A stretch of 64,000 bases of DNA from Iphione sp. A-MEVVRFRX5 (lineage: Eukaryota): contig OZ320315.1 in the NCBI GenBank assembly GCA_976226885.1, positions 56,792,001 to 56,856,000 on the forward strand. The letters run 5' to 3'. This document shows positions 23,410 through 35,415 of this stretch, piece by piece; within the stretch, counting starts at the first letter, position 1; every line of letters begins with the position of its first letter. The position numbers and the translations under genes were made by a program. The notes below the pieces were generated by a model. That model was not told the DNA's origin and ran no database searches. It was given only the letters and a program-made list of their open reading frames with translations.

Positions 23410-26400
23410 GTAAGGGAGCATGTAGCATTTCCCTTCTAAAATTGGTTACTAAATTGCACAGCCATGTTGGTCATGTGATCAATATCTAACTATATATGGG
23501 CCCTGCATGGCCAATAAAATCAGTATACACTTGGAGCTACTTTGTAGAACTTGTCCTTCTTCTGATTGTAGCTGGACTAACCCACTTGGAGTTACACTGA
23601 GGGATGATAACTAGATTAGTTGACTTGGGATTACAGTAACTGGATTAACATAATTGGATCACCCTTAGGGATAGGAACTGGATTTATTCAAGTGAAGTTA
23701 CAATAAAAGTAATAAAGCTATCCTGATTCTATATTGGAGCAGTTTCAAAATATCAGTATACTTATCCCAGTAAATACAAAGCATTGTGTAGCCTAGATGT
23801 GTCTGCCATCTGCTAGTTCCCACCCTCATGGTCAAAGTATAGGTTAAGACATTGGAGTCAATTGTTTTAATGGAATCTGGTGTCTGGACATTGCATAAGA
23901 GTGGTCATGTGGTTACTACGGTAACCAATCCAGTAACCTTAATGGAGCAACCAATCAAGAGGGTTGCAGGAGTAATTTTTAGCAGGAAGCTCAGACAGTT
24001 GTCTAGACAGTTACTATTTTCAGACATTATTGTGTAATCATGGTGTCACATGACATATTTTAAGAGCATATAAAGTTGTATCTTTCCTGTAATAAACAGA
24101 CATTCTCTCAATCGCACTTTGAGAGAGGACCACTTCAGCAGGCTAATTTTCTGCATTTGAAGTGAACCATATTTTATGATACTTTTTATTATTTCTTGTC
24201 ATCTTCCTTGTTAGAGACCATTATATTTTGGTGGCAGCGGTGGGATTCTTCTTTGAAAAAGCAGGAGAAGTGCCTGAAAGATCAGCCTGAGGCCTTTGAT
24301 GAATGATGGCAACAGTTCAATTGGACAACATCTAGATAGTCCCTGATATTGGTATGAAAGACAACCCTCAACCCCAACCGGCTGCTGGAGAAGATAGCCT
24401 GACAGGGGACTTACTCCTGAGAGAGTCAGGGAAGGAGCAGGGGGAGGTTGAAGGAGTGATCGAGACAGAATCAGAGACTGACTGTGGAGAAGAAACCAGG
24501 GAAGCCATAGAGGGAGAAAAACCAGTGGATCTCGGTCTTCAAGAAATATTCAGTTCAGTAATACAGGAGCTCGAAGGTGCCAGAGACTCTGTTCCTCCAC
24601 CTGGAAGTGAGTCAGTTACTGTTGGCATGCCTGGAGGGGAACCTGCGACCACAACTGCTGGTCCCTGAGGCAGTGCATCCAGTGGAATAGAGGAGGACCT
24701 TACAAAGCCCCTGATAGACGTCGTTGGTCCATCCAGTGGATGAGGGCGAGAGATAGAGGAAGGGTTTCCATTATGCCTGACCTGCACTTCTGCCTGATTC
24801 AGACCATTGTGCCGACCCCCTCAGACATCCCAAGAACAATACTTGAGATGCCCCCAGACTCCAGTATCATCAAGATCCCATCCATCCATCTATCCACGTT
24901 AACCTCAAACTCCTCAAATTTTTGTAACTACTCAAGAGAAGAAGCCCAGAACCAAACTGGATTGGCACAAGCCAGGAGGATGGCAGGTGAAGTCAGAGCC
25001 ATGCAGTCCTGCACTGGACGAGATCTGTAAGGACTTAGAAGAATTCAGAGAGGAGTGGAGGAAAGAGAGGCAGCTACTCAGACAGAGTCTCATGGGGAAA
25101 GATACTTCCAACTCGGAGAAAGTTCCTACCCCTCTGGAACCAAAACTGACCTTTCCCTCCGGACAGCTCAAGCTGGAACAATATGATGAGAAGGCAGATT
25201 GATGAGGATGGCATTTTCAGTTGGAAGAATGCATGAGAGTGAACCAGTAGGGGGAAGAGATGACAAAAAGTATGCTGGTATTGTCCTTGACTGGTCAGGC
25301 TCGCTCCTTTTATGGAGACTTAACATTAGAGGAGACTTCTACATATCAGCTGCACATCTTGGCACTCTTGGAGAGGTTCAGTTGGGGGTGAGAGAAAGTT
25401 TGAATAGTCCAGGAACTGACGATGCTCCAGCAGGGCAAGAATCAGGTATCGAAGGAGTTAGCAGACAAAGGGCACTGGCTGATGCATCGCACCTATCCTG
25501 ATATTGACTGGGATGGCCGTGACTCTTTTAGTGTTGCTTTCTTCCAGCGTGCTTTGGGAGATAAGCTGCAATTGAAATGCATGCGGGGTAATGTGAAAAC
25601 ACTGGAGGAGGTGGTGTGAGTTGTGGAAGAAGAGGAGCGATACATGAAAAAGAGGAGAATAAGGGCTAATAATGCAGAGGACATCACTGCGCAGGAAGTA
25701 AAGACAGTTAAGGAAGAGTATGTGCAGCAGCACAGAAGACCACACCTAAGAAGGGTCATAACAGAAAAGGCATGGCCAAACCAGGTGCTCAGAAAGGACC
25801 TCATTGTACTGCCGGAGATGCAATGCTGAAGGCAAATTTGGGTGCTGGCATTGTGACTCCGAAGAACATTTCAAGAAAGATTGTCCCCTATTCAAAGCAC
25901 AGCTAGAGAAGAAAACCAGGAAAGAGTCAACTCTGGGAAGCATGGGAGTGCCACTGACCAAAAGCAATGAGTAGGTATGGTGGCAGATACTGGACTCTAT
26001 CTTTCAGCAAAGAGAAGTACTCAACCTGTGGATTGCATGATAGACACTTGGTCAGGGAGTAGTGAAGATCAAAGCTAGCGGACAGACTTATGAAGCTCCA
26101 GTAGTCTTTGCTGATGTTGATGAAGAAGTAATCCTTGGAAATGACTTTCTGTGTGATCAAGATGCTGTAATTAATTATTGTCATTGAGAATTGGAGTTGA
26201 AAGATCGTACTCATACGATAGGTCTAAAGATGGATAACCAGATTGGAGTAATGAGCCGGGAAGAAGAGTTTCCCGATTATTTGAAGGACTTATGTGAGTG
26301 AGCAAAGAAGGATCTACTGGAGGATGAATGGCTGGTAGTAAAACAAGTGATGCTTGACTACCATACCATGTTTTCTTCTGGTGGAAATTGCATTGGTAAA

Positions 26401-29400
26401 ACTGGGGTCATGTAACATATGATTGATGTGGTGGGACATCCTCTCACTAAACAGGGGGTGCAGCGGCTTTTGCTGAGTAAGCGTCAGGAAGAACAGTAGC
26501 TGGTACAGAAGATGTTAAAAGCCAGAGTCATCCATGAAAGTATTAGACCATGGGTAAGTCCTATAGTGATGGTAGGAAATAAGGATAGTATGACCTGATT
26601 TTGCATGGACTATCAGAAGTTGAATGAAATAACCAGGAAGGACGCATCCACTACCCCATATTGATAATTCTTTGTATGCTGTTTTGGGGGCCAGCTACTT
26701 TTGTTTATTGGACCTGGCAAGCAGATATTGGCAAGTTGAAATGGAACCGGAGGACATCCCTAAGACTGCATTTGTTAGTTCTTTTGGTTATGCCCTTTGG
26801 ATTAGTGAATGCACTGGCAACGTTTGAGAGACTTATGGATGTTGTACTCTTGGGACTAACATGGGAAGAGTAATTAGTTAATTTAAATAACATTTTGATT
26901 TTTGGATAAACATTTGAAGAAATGATTGAACAACTGAGAAGAGTTATACACTGGTTAAAGAAGGCCTAATTGAAATTGAAACCTAAGAAGTGTGATTTCT
27001 TCCTCAAACATATAAACTTTCTTGGATAAATTGTAACACATGAAGGCATCTCTATTGATCCTCAGAAGATTGTAGCCATCAAGAATTGGATAGCTCCATC
27101 TGATCTCACCACAGTGAGAACCTTCCTTGGAATGTGTTCGTATCTTTGGACATATGTAACTGACTTCACTACTTGCTCTACTCTGCTACTTGAGCTTACC
27201 AAGAAGGACCAAATGTTTGAGTGGGGACCAGAGCAGCAATCAGCTTTTGAAGATCTTATGACCACCTTAATGACTTCTCTGATCCTAGGATATCCCCAGA
27301 CTGAAGGTCACATTGACAATTTGCCAGATGGATTGATATTTTGAGTAATTATGATCTAACTTATCAGCACTATTCTGGGGAGAAACACCGTAATGCAGAT
27401 GGCTTATCCAGAATATCACAATGTAAACAATGTGGTGGAGAACATATTGAAAAAGCTACTATGAAGGTAGTCACCTGTTAACAGGTTGGGACTACCAGAG
27501 ATCTATCACAAGGCTATTTGGATAAGTGGCGGAAGCAGTTACAGGATGATGCTATTGGACTAATTTTGATGTTACAAGAAGCTCAAGAAAATAACCAAAT
27601 TGGGCCAAAATTAGTCATTTACCTGGAAATTCCAAGATGTTATGCAAGCAGTGGAACTGATTCAGGGTGAAAGATGGAATTTTATATCAAATTTGGTATG
27701 ATTTTGATGCATTCATAGAACATAGCTTCAGAACAATTAATTGTCTACTAAAAGGTGCGGTTGAAGAACAAGGTAAAGAGTGGGATGAATTTATACCTTT
27801 TATTATAATGTTCTATTGGAGCATCCCCACACATCTACAAAAATATCCCTATAGGAAGTAACATTCAGACGAGAAATCAGATTACCACTAGATTTATTCC
27901 AAGAGATGCCAACAAATGCTGAAGAAAAACAGGAACCAGAAACATATGTACAATTGATGCAGGGCATCTGGAAGACTGCCACAACCGTTAGAGAGCATTT
28001 TGGTGTTTCGGAATATACAAAAGGCATATTATGATGAAAGACTGCAACAGAGAAGGATATCTTAAAATACACTGGTAGAGCTTTATGATGCACAATTTCA
28101 ACAAGTGAAAAGAGGAAAATTTAGTTTTCCTTGGCAAGGCCCCTACTTGCATTTACAAGGGCTGAACCAAGGGTGCCACATATTATAGAAAACAAGTACC
28201 GGAAAACGGATGGTAGTGCATAAGAACCACATTTATGAATTTTTGGGCAAAAGATAACCCGAATGGATGAAGGAAGTTATCAAGCAGGGAACTATTTAAG
28301 GAGACTGATCACCTCTGGTGTGCTCACCTTTGATTGCTTCCAGTAAGCGAATTAGTGGTCGGTCTCGTCCTCCGACCCAGAAAGGTCCATCAACGGCTAG
28401 CATGGTAATGTCAGCCAGTGGTGAAGCCTCAGATGAAGTAGACGCTGACGAATCTCAACCACCTCTGGCTGGCAGCAGAATTGGGTGAGGACCCCCCAGT
28501 ACTTGGGGATCCTTGCTACACAGACCAGGGCCTCATATTGGCATGTACCCTCGAGGTTGGTCAACTCTGCTATCTTCTCAGTACTAGAGATGACTGTGGT
28601 CATCAGTCCATCATTGTCTTGGACGTAATCATCTGGTGTATCAATGAACTCAGGTGGTTCAGAGTGAGGCATTACCAAGAAAATTCCCAGATTCCTTTGG
28701 GAACTGGTATGATGTGCCGCCTGTCCTTATTGTAGATGATCTGTGTCCATACAATCATCGACTCATCACCAATGAGATGGACTTTTGGACATGGCCAGGG
28801 ATACAACCATGCTTGGGTGGTCTCAGTGTCTTCTTCCTCAATTGTCTCTGACCTAGGCTGATCATCTGCCGGAGATGGTACCGGTGCCAAAGGAGGTAAA
28901 AGGAAACAGAGAACATTTACCCCAAAGTCAGGGCCATCCAAAGAAACACACTCACTGGTGGCCAGATGAATGTGGCACACAGAGTGAGGTGCCATTTCCC
29001 CTATGAAACTGTTGAGGATGTAACACTGTGGGTGTCATGGACGGAGTGACATCTCTGGTATGTCAAACATTAACAGACACCTTTCAGGCCGGTCACAGGC
29101 TGAAGTGGCATATGTAGAGAGGTCTACCACCATTCCTGCATCCACCCACCGGATTTGGATATTTTCTCTCAGGAGGTGGTGAACAGTAAGCAGAGCAGCA
29201 TGGCAAACAGCAGGAGAGACCACCAGCAGTTCTGGAACTTCTGTTACCCACCTGAGAGGCTGCTATTGTGTTATGGGGATGCAGCATTTTGGATGGACAG
29301 CTGCCTCTTACTCTGGAGTGGTTCAGGTATTGATATCATCAGAACATCCCAACTACATGCACACCAAGATCAGTGTATCTTGGCCACCACTCCACTATGA

Positions 29401-30505
29401 AACTTGAATCCTAGATCACAGGTATTTGGCCTTCCTTGCATTCATGGAGGCCATCCCAGAGGGACAAGTTGTGCAGGAGGACATCATTGGACCACTTAGG
29501 AACTGACCTCACCTACTATTGCCTGAATCAGCAGCACCGACTGCTAAGACATGGGGCCTGCCAGAGGAGGTCCTACGGTATCCCAATGCCTCCATGACAA
29601 CTGTCCACGGTGTGTTGGAACAAAGTGCATTAGAGCCACTGCTGGAAGCCATCATCAATGACTCTGCAGGCGGCTGATGTGATGAAAGAAGCACAGAAGG
29701 GGGAAACGAGAAGTAGCATGCAACAAGTGTTGGGGCTGCTTGACCAGGTCCTCACTATGGAGGACTTGGCTCGGCAATGGCACAGATGCGGCTGATGCAG
29801 CTTCAAGATGAACAACAACAGGGAGAGCAGCCAGCAGTACCATGGGCAGAAGCTCTGCCACAAAATGCACATCAACAAGAAGAACAACCAGTGGCACCAC
29901 TGTTTGAAGCTCTAAAATGACATTTTAAAATTGATTCATATTTTCTTATTTTTTTAACATATGGTGCCACAGTGACATTTTGTTATTCATTGTTGAGAAG
30001 CACATTATTTTATATATGTACTCTGCTACTATTTTTGTAGAAACACGGACATGGGTATTGTTGTTGATTATGCACTTTTCGTTTTTTAAGTTGAAAGACA
30101 GACATTATTTCAAATTTCAGCTTCTCATGCAAGTACCAATGATGGGAAATGGATCCTTAGATATATAACTTTTATTTTCAGTTTCTTTACGCTGGGCCGG
30201 GGGCAGTGGTCTTAATTTACTAAACAATCTTTAATTTTCCTCTTTACTTATGTGTTAAAAATGTATTCTTCACTTTTCTAGCTAGACATAAGGACTCCAA
30301 ATAGTCCAGGAGATGTAACATGAGAAGTACATCTCCTACAAGAAATATGTAATCTTTCCAGATAAGGGTTATTATAACAGAATAACTAAAGAAAGAAAAT
30401 TTGACACATGCTATTTGCATTAAAGCTTTCTTTCATAAGAAACTTATTCTAATCTAAAAATCTTCTTAGAAAGTCTGGTTCCCTTCTTAAGTAGGGGGGG
30501 GGGGT
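23410..30505 (+). mobile_element. Degenerate Ty3/Gypsy element in the last intron of the metalloprotease gene
   Basis: LTR-like segment ending near 24225, then PBS TGGTGGCAGCGGTGGGAT; decayed gag (25000-25800), protease (ILGNDFL), RT (PWVSPIV..FCMDYQKLN; GLVNALATFERLM), RNase H, partial integrase and an extra 3' ORF remnant; G-run PPT near 30494-30505. Many stops and frameshifts; outer boundaries approximate and no matching LTR pair found. Confidence 0.85.
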
Positions 30506-31337
30506 GTGGTGGAGACGTGTCCACCATCCGCTTACTCCATTACACATGGAAAGGGCCCCTAAATTCTGAGGTCAGTGATGACTGTCTGAAGTTTAGACAA
30601 CTTGCTGCTTATTTGTTCCAGAACTATATGCATGTGAAGACAAATTTTTGTGGAGATTGAGGAGGGAAACACTGAGATACGTATAGGGAGAGTGAAGTAA
30701 AAAGGAGTAAAATTAGACTAGTGGGAATAGAAAGGAAAAGAGAAGAATATTAAGAAGACTAGGAGTAAGTAAAAGGGCAGAAAAGGAAGGGAAGCAGAGT
30801 GAAAAAGGTGGAGGAAGATGAAGCTGCGAAAAAAGTTAAAGGATGAAGGACAGGGTAGACAGAGGAGAAAGTTGAGTGGAGATGAGGCGACAGAAAAAAA
30901 TTAAGAGAGAAAAGTAAGAGCCATCAGGAGGAGATAGAGGAGAGGACAGAGGATAGGAAAGCAGACAAGGATGGAAGGAAAGAGAGTATGTATGGAGTAA
31001 AATTTGATTAATATTTGTTTAAATCTCAGACAACTATTTACCACCCTGTTTACTTGAGATTACTTTGAATTTACATGAGATATTATTAGCGTTCACCATC
31101 GATATCCAGTTGGAGCAAATTTATCAACTGCAGTGAATAGCAGTACATGAACAACAACCAAACCAATGTAAAGTACTTAAGAATATACAGAAAACAAATC
31201 CCTCCAACAACGCAACCCCCTCCACTCTCTGCTTCCCTCTGCGACACACTTCCCGAACATCCCATTCCTCCGCACCTATGCACCATACTGTCTTTCGAGA
31301 GAATCACTGCTGTTTACACATGTTGTTTTCTTTTCAG

Positions 31338-31477
31338 TGCCTGATTTGGAATGCCCGAACGGCGACCAGAATCAACGTTATTGCACCCATCTGATGCTAG
31401 TTCGACCAGCCATGTGTAATCTTTCACGAATCAAGAACTATTGCTGCCTCACCTGTAGGAGTTCTGTGCTTACCTAG
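31338..31477 (+). CDS. ADAMTS-like metalloprotease, terminal exon with PLAC-like 6-Cys domain
   Basis: ttttcag acceptor, phase 1 matching the 22124 donor; (V)PDLECPNGDQNQRYCTHLMLVRPAMCNLSRIKNYCCLTCRSSVLT*; AATAAA downstream near 31535. Confidence 0.8.
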
Positions 31478-31787
31478 ATCTACAGGCGTCAATTAATACG
31501 TGTCATTCAAGTGTTGCAGAATGTACATACCGCAAATAAAGGGATGGATTATCCTCTAGAAAACTGATGAATGTAACCAGCGTTTGGTAAACAAATGCAT
31601 TTTCAAGCAATGTATCACATGTAAGCATTTTTTTCATTTGTGATCACCTTGCCCCTGAGTTGATCGCAACCACAATATCACAGGAAAATAAATTTGTAAT
31701 GAACCAAAAGCGAATATTTGTATTCAAGGTTTCAACCTTTTCGCAATAGAACGCTCATATGAGATGGTCTTAATAGGTATACACGAG

Positions 31788-31989
31788 TATTGCTCCATCG
31801 TTTATGTTATCTTAGACTAATACAAGACAAGATAGGCAAAGTAACAACTGTGTTGGAACAAAATACAATCTTTATTCAACTGAGTCTCTTGAGACTGACT
31901 TTTGGATAATCACTGAGTAATTCATACACATACTAAATGCACCGAACACACAAGATAGGGTAGGTCTCTGGAGACCGAAATAATTGCCC
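31788..31989 (-). repeat. Split direct repeat B2 (202 bp)
   Basis: Matches 32272-32473 with one mismatch; contains a minus-strand AATAAA. Confidence 0.95.
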
Positions 31990-32134
31990 CATCAACAATG
32001 AAATATCACATTACATAAGCTCCTAGCGATACATCACAGAGTAGGTCTTTTGAGATAAAGATGGTGAACATCAGACACAATATGCTTCGAAGTTTACAAT
32101 AAGCACAAGCAATGTTGGGTGGGTGGGCTGTGGT

Positions 32135-32271
32135 AACACGACTGCAATCGTCCAAGTAGAAAGCCACACTGACGCTAACGCACCAACCGTCAACCTAGGT
32201 ACCAAACGACTCGGTAGGGGGCGACACTCCAACAAGCAATACAAAGCAACCCCCTCTAACGGTAGCCCTAC
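32135..32271 (-). repeat. Split direct repeat A2 (137 bp)
   Basis: Identical by eye to 36296-36432; abuts B1. Confidence 0.95.
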
Positions 32272-32473
32272 TATTGCTCCATCGTTTACGTTATCTTAGA
32301 CTAATACAAGACAAGATAGGCAAAGTAACAACTGTGTTGGAACAAAATACAATCTTTATTCAACTGAGTCTCTTGAGACTGACTTTTGGATAATCACTGA
32401 GTAATTCATACACATACTAAATGCACCGAACACACAAGATAGGGTAGGTCTCTGGAGACCGAAATAATTGCCC
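32272..32473 (-). repeat. Split direct repeat B1 (202 bp)
   Basis: Immediately downstream of the YR stop codon; copy of 31788-31989. Confidence 0.95.
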
Positions 32474-32488
32474 AAACCCAATAGGGAA

Positions 32489-33433
32489 TTACGCCCAGGG
32501 CTCATGTGACAACAATTGAGCCGCCTGGGCAGAGGCCATTCTCCTGCTGGTGTACTTGGCTGATCCTGGGAGGGACTTCCAGGTGCCTTGTGCTAATATT
32601 TGGCTATCGGAAGCGCCCGCCATTTGTAGCGCTTGGGCGCCTCCCCTCCTGAAGCTGTGGAGTGAGAACAACTTAGGGTCATGACCAATGGCCGAGAGGA
32701 TTTGTCTTAAAATAGAGAGTAACTTTCGTACCGTGAAGGGGCGCCTATACACCGGATCAACAAATAGTGGTTTATCTGGGCCTTGATTGTTTATGGCGGA
32801 AAACATGTTAACCATACAGGTTACTGGACAATAAGGGGCATCGAGACTGGGTATGGTGATGACCTCTGGTGGTCCTGACTTAATTGTTTTTGACCATTTA
32901 ATCTGAACTTGAATGCCTTCAGGAATGAAGGAGATGTCTTGCCTTGTAAGTTGCTTCTTAGGGTCGAATTTATCTAGTGATTTGGGAGCTATATTACTTT
33001 GTCGTACAAGGGAGAAGAATAAAAAGGTATATACTGCATTAAGGGCAACTCCTAATGGGCCTAATGGTTGCAGAAATTGGACAATTTTGGATAGAATATT
33101 AACAGTGATGGGGGCCTTCTGATCCACCTGGTGCTGAGCGTTCATATGAAGGGCCTTGATAGCTGTCGCCACCTTGTGTGATTGAAATGCAACAATGGGG
33201 AAATCCTTCTGTAATACTACATATTTTAGCGAGGATACGTACTGAGCACAGACTTGTGGGCAAAACGCTTGCAGTGCCAAGTATTCAATATACAGTAAGA
33301 TATGAACGTCTTTTAGATCCTGAAGTGGGAAACTGTAATGGAGACAAAAGGCTAGACCAAGCTCGGTTTGCTGCATACACTTCTTATGGGTGGCAGGAGT
33401 TACAGACTCATGCTGACGTTGTATAGCCCTCAT
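32489..33433 (-). CDS. Tyrosine recombinase (314 aa)
   Basis: FFSLVRQSN (catalytic Arg), SLHSFRRGG (HxxR), GTWKS...KY (W/Y); ATG at 33433. Confidence 0.93.
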   Translation of the reverse strand: MRAIQRQHESVTPATHKKCMQQTELGLAFCLHYSFPLQDLKDVHILLYIEYLALQAFCPQVCAQYVSSLKYVVLQKDFPIVAFQSHKVATAIKALHMNAQHQVDQKAPITVNILSKIVQFLQPLGPLGVALNAVYTFLFFSLVRQSNIAPKSLDKFDPKKQLTRQDISFIPEGIQVQIKWSKTIKSGPPEVITIPSLDAPYCPVTCMVNMFSAINNQGPDKPLFVDPVYRRPFTVRKLLSILRQILSAIGHDPKLFSLHSFRRGGAQALQMAGASDSQILAQGTWKSLPGSAKYTSRRMASAQAAQLLSHEPWA

Positions 33434-33462
33434 AGCTAGTGGCTGTAGTTCTGTAGCTGTAA

Positions 33463-35415
33463 TTAAAATGATAATATTGATTCGACAGTAGTTTTAGTTG
33501 GAAATACCTTTTTACAACATGGGTGCAAATTTTGGAATCTACTGACAATAGCTCTGTACTTTGGCGCCGTATTGAATCTAGAGAGTGCATCTACATACAT
33601 CATATCAACGCCTGGCACATGTGTAAATACAAGTGATGTTCTGTTTCTTGCTGCACGCATCCATACGGCCCTGGATATCTTCGCCAAGAATGCGTCACGG
33701 GTTTTACCAGTCGAGAGTACAAATATCGTAGCCGAATTGTCGCATAGAACCTCTACCTTTTTATTAATGTGGAAGTCTGACAGGAGTGTATATATTGCTA
33801 GTGCTGAATTAAATGCCTCGAGTTGTGAAATAGGCAGTTTACTTACACAGTTGGGTACAGTTACAGAATAGTACATTGATTGGGAATATGCTCCAAGACC
33901 ATGAGGGGACGCATCACAGTAGAACTTATCTGCTACGTTAATGGGTGGAATAAGGTGGATGCCATTGAAGCTTGGTAGGTACTGAGAAAACCAACGTAGA
34001 TCTCTCCTTGATTGAGGAGATAACAGCACCATAGTAACCTGGTCTCTATGTGCTTGCCGCAATTGTTCCAACAATGAATTAATGAAATGGCGTGTTGCAG
34101 GGCTGCACCTTGATATGAAATTAATGAGACCGAGTATTGATTGAAGGTTGGTAGTAGTAATGTAATTGCGGCTGCTAGTTTCGTTAATAAGATCAATTAG
34201 GTTTTGAATTTTTGCACTAGGAATTGACATAATTTTCGATTCGGTGTCGAACTTAACTCCTAACCAGATGTTGGAGTATGAGGGTGGGGAACACTTTTCA
34301 TGGGCAACCTGCAGACCCAGCTTTGAGAATAGTAGTAAGGAATATTGGTAGGCATCAGTAATTGTTCTGGGGTTCGCATGGACTAAGACAAAGTCATCTA
34401 GGTATGCTAGGATAGTAATTCCTGGGAATTCGGAACTGATTTTTAGGGCTAGAGTTTCAGATATGGATTGGAGGAGAAGGGATGAGTACCTGGTTCCAAA
34501 TGGGAGAGAAAGGTCTGTATAAAATTGGCCTTTGAATTTAAATGAAAGGAGGGGCCAATCAAGGGGATCTATGGGGAAATGCCTATAGGCTCTTTTCAGG
34601 TCAATAGTAGCTAGATATAGAGGGGGATCAGAGGAGGAAATCATCTGGGCTAGTTGTTGGGTGGTGGGGAGCTGCACCCGTGCAGGGATCGAGAAGTAGT
34701 TGTTCCGGGGAATGCCTTGGTTCACGTTGCTATGGCTTAGATCTACTATAATCCTCTTGTCGTTAGAATCTTTTTTGGGCCTGGTGGTAATGGGGCTAAC
34801 GGCTGAGCATGGGAAAAAAGGGTCAGTAGGGAAGGGGCCTGCTATTGCTTGGTAGGAAAGCTCAGTGCAAATATATTTCTGAACATGCGGTGGGTCGTCC
34901 TCGGCAAGCGGGTAATGTACTTTATGGGTCGTAGGGATGTTATTGCCTATGTAGCCTATTGGAAAACCATATGTCAGGTACTGTGCTATCATAAATTCAG
35001 CAGGATCGTTCGGCAATAGTATTTTATACCAATGTTGCAGATTCAAACATGTAGATAAGGGAATCTTAGCCTCTAAATGGTTGGGGAGGCCAGTGGATTT
35101 AACAGCAGAATATATATACGCTAAATTCGGTGGGAAGTCTTCAGATGGTTTGGGCCACATGAGGACTCTGCTACCAAGCAGCTTATAGTGTGAGGTGGGT
35201 ACAACGTCTTTAGTGGGTTCAATGTTCATGAATAAAGGCAACGTGAAATGCTCATCTGCGGTGTGCCATTCGTGGTCTGGTGTATGCAGGCTTGTAGAAT
35301 GGTCCTGTTGAACTACCAATCTGGATCCTGGCGCTGGCGGCGGAAGTCTTGACCATTGCTGGCTTGTTTCATCACGGTCGTCCCGTTCGTCTGCTGTCGC
35401 CTCCTGGACCGGCAC
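33463..35415 (-). CDS. Reverse transcriptase + RNase H (Ngaro/DIRS type, 650 codons)
   Basis: IDLKRAYRH, LPFGTRYS, YLDD; RNase H CDAS, ISQLEAFN, LCDN; overlaps the gag end by about 100 nt. Confidence 0.95.
   Translation of the reverse strand: MPVQEATADERDDRDETSQQWSRLPPPAPGSRLVVQQDHSTSLHTPDHEWHTADEHFTLPLFMNIEPTKDVVPTSHYKLLGSRVLMWPKPSEDFPPNLAYIYSAVKSTGLPNHLEAKIPLSTCLNLQHWYKILLPNDPAEFMIAQYLTYGFPIGYIGNNIPTTHKVHYPLAEDDPPHVQKYICTELSYQAIAGPFPTDPFFPCSAVSPITTRPKKDSNDKRIIVDLSHSNVNQGIPRNNYFSIPARVQLPTTQQLAQMISSSDPPLYLATIDLKRAYRHFPIDPLDWPLLSFKFKGQFYTDLSLPFGTRYSSLLLQSISETLALKISSEFPGITILAYLDDFVLVHANPRTITDAYQYSLLLFSKLGLQVAHEKCSPPSYSNIWLGVKFDTESKIMSIPSAKIQNLIDLINETSSRNYITTTNLQSILGLINFISRCSPATRHFINSLLEQLRQAHRDQVTMVLLSPQSRRDLRWFSQYLPSFNGIHLIPPINVADKFYCDASPHGLGAYSQSMYYSVTVPNCVSKLPISQLEAFNSALAIYTLLSDFHINKKVEVLCDNSATIFVLSTGKTRDAFLAKISRAVWMRAARNRTSLVFTHVPGVDMMYVDALSRFNTAPKYRAIVSRFQNLHPCCKKVFPTKTTVESILSF

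Noticed and set aside
23410-31100. Paired LTRs for the intronic Gypsy element
   Set aside because: Sequence after the G-run PPT (from 30506) does not match the segment before the PBS, so no LTR pair or TSD could be defined.
31788-32473. CRISPR-like or assembly-artefact duplication
   Set aside because: The repeats are 137-202 bp and fit the split direct repeat layout of Ngaro elements; there is no spacer array and no cas genes, and the context is eukaryotic.
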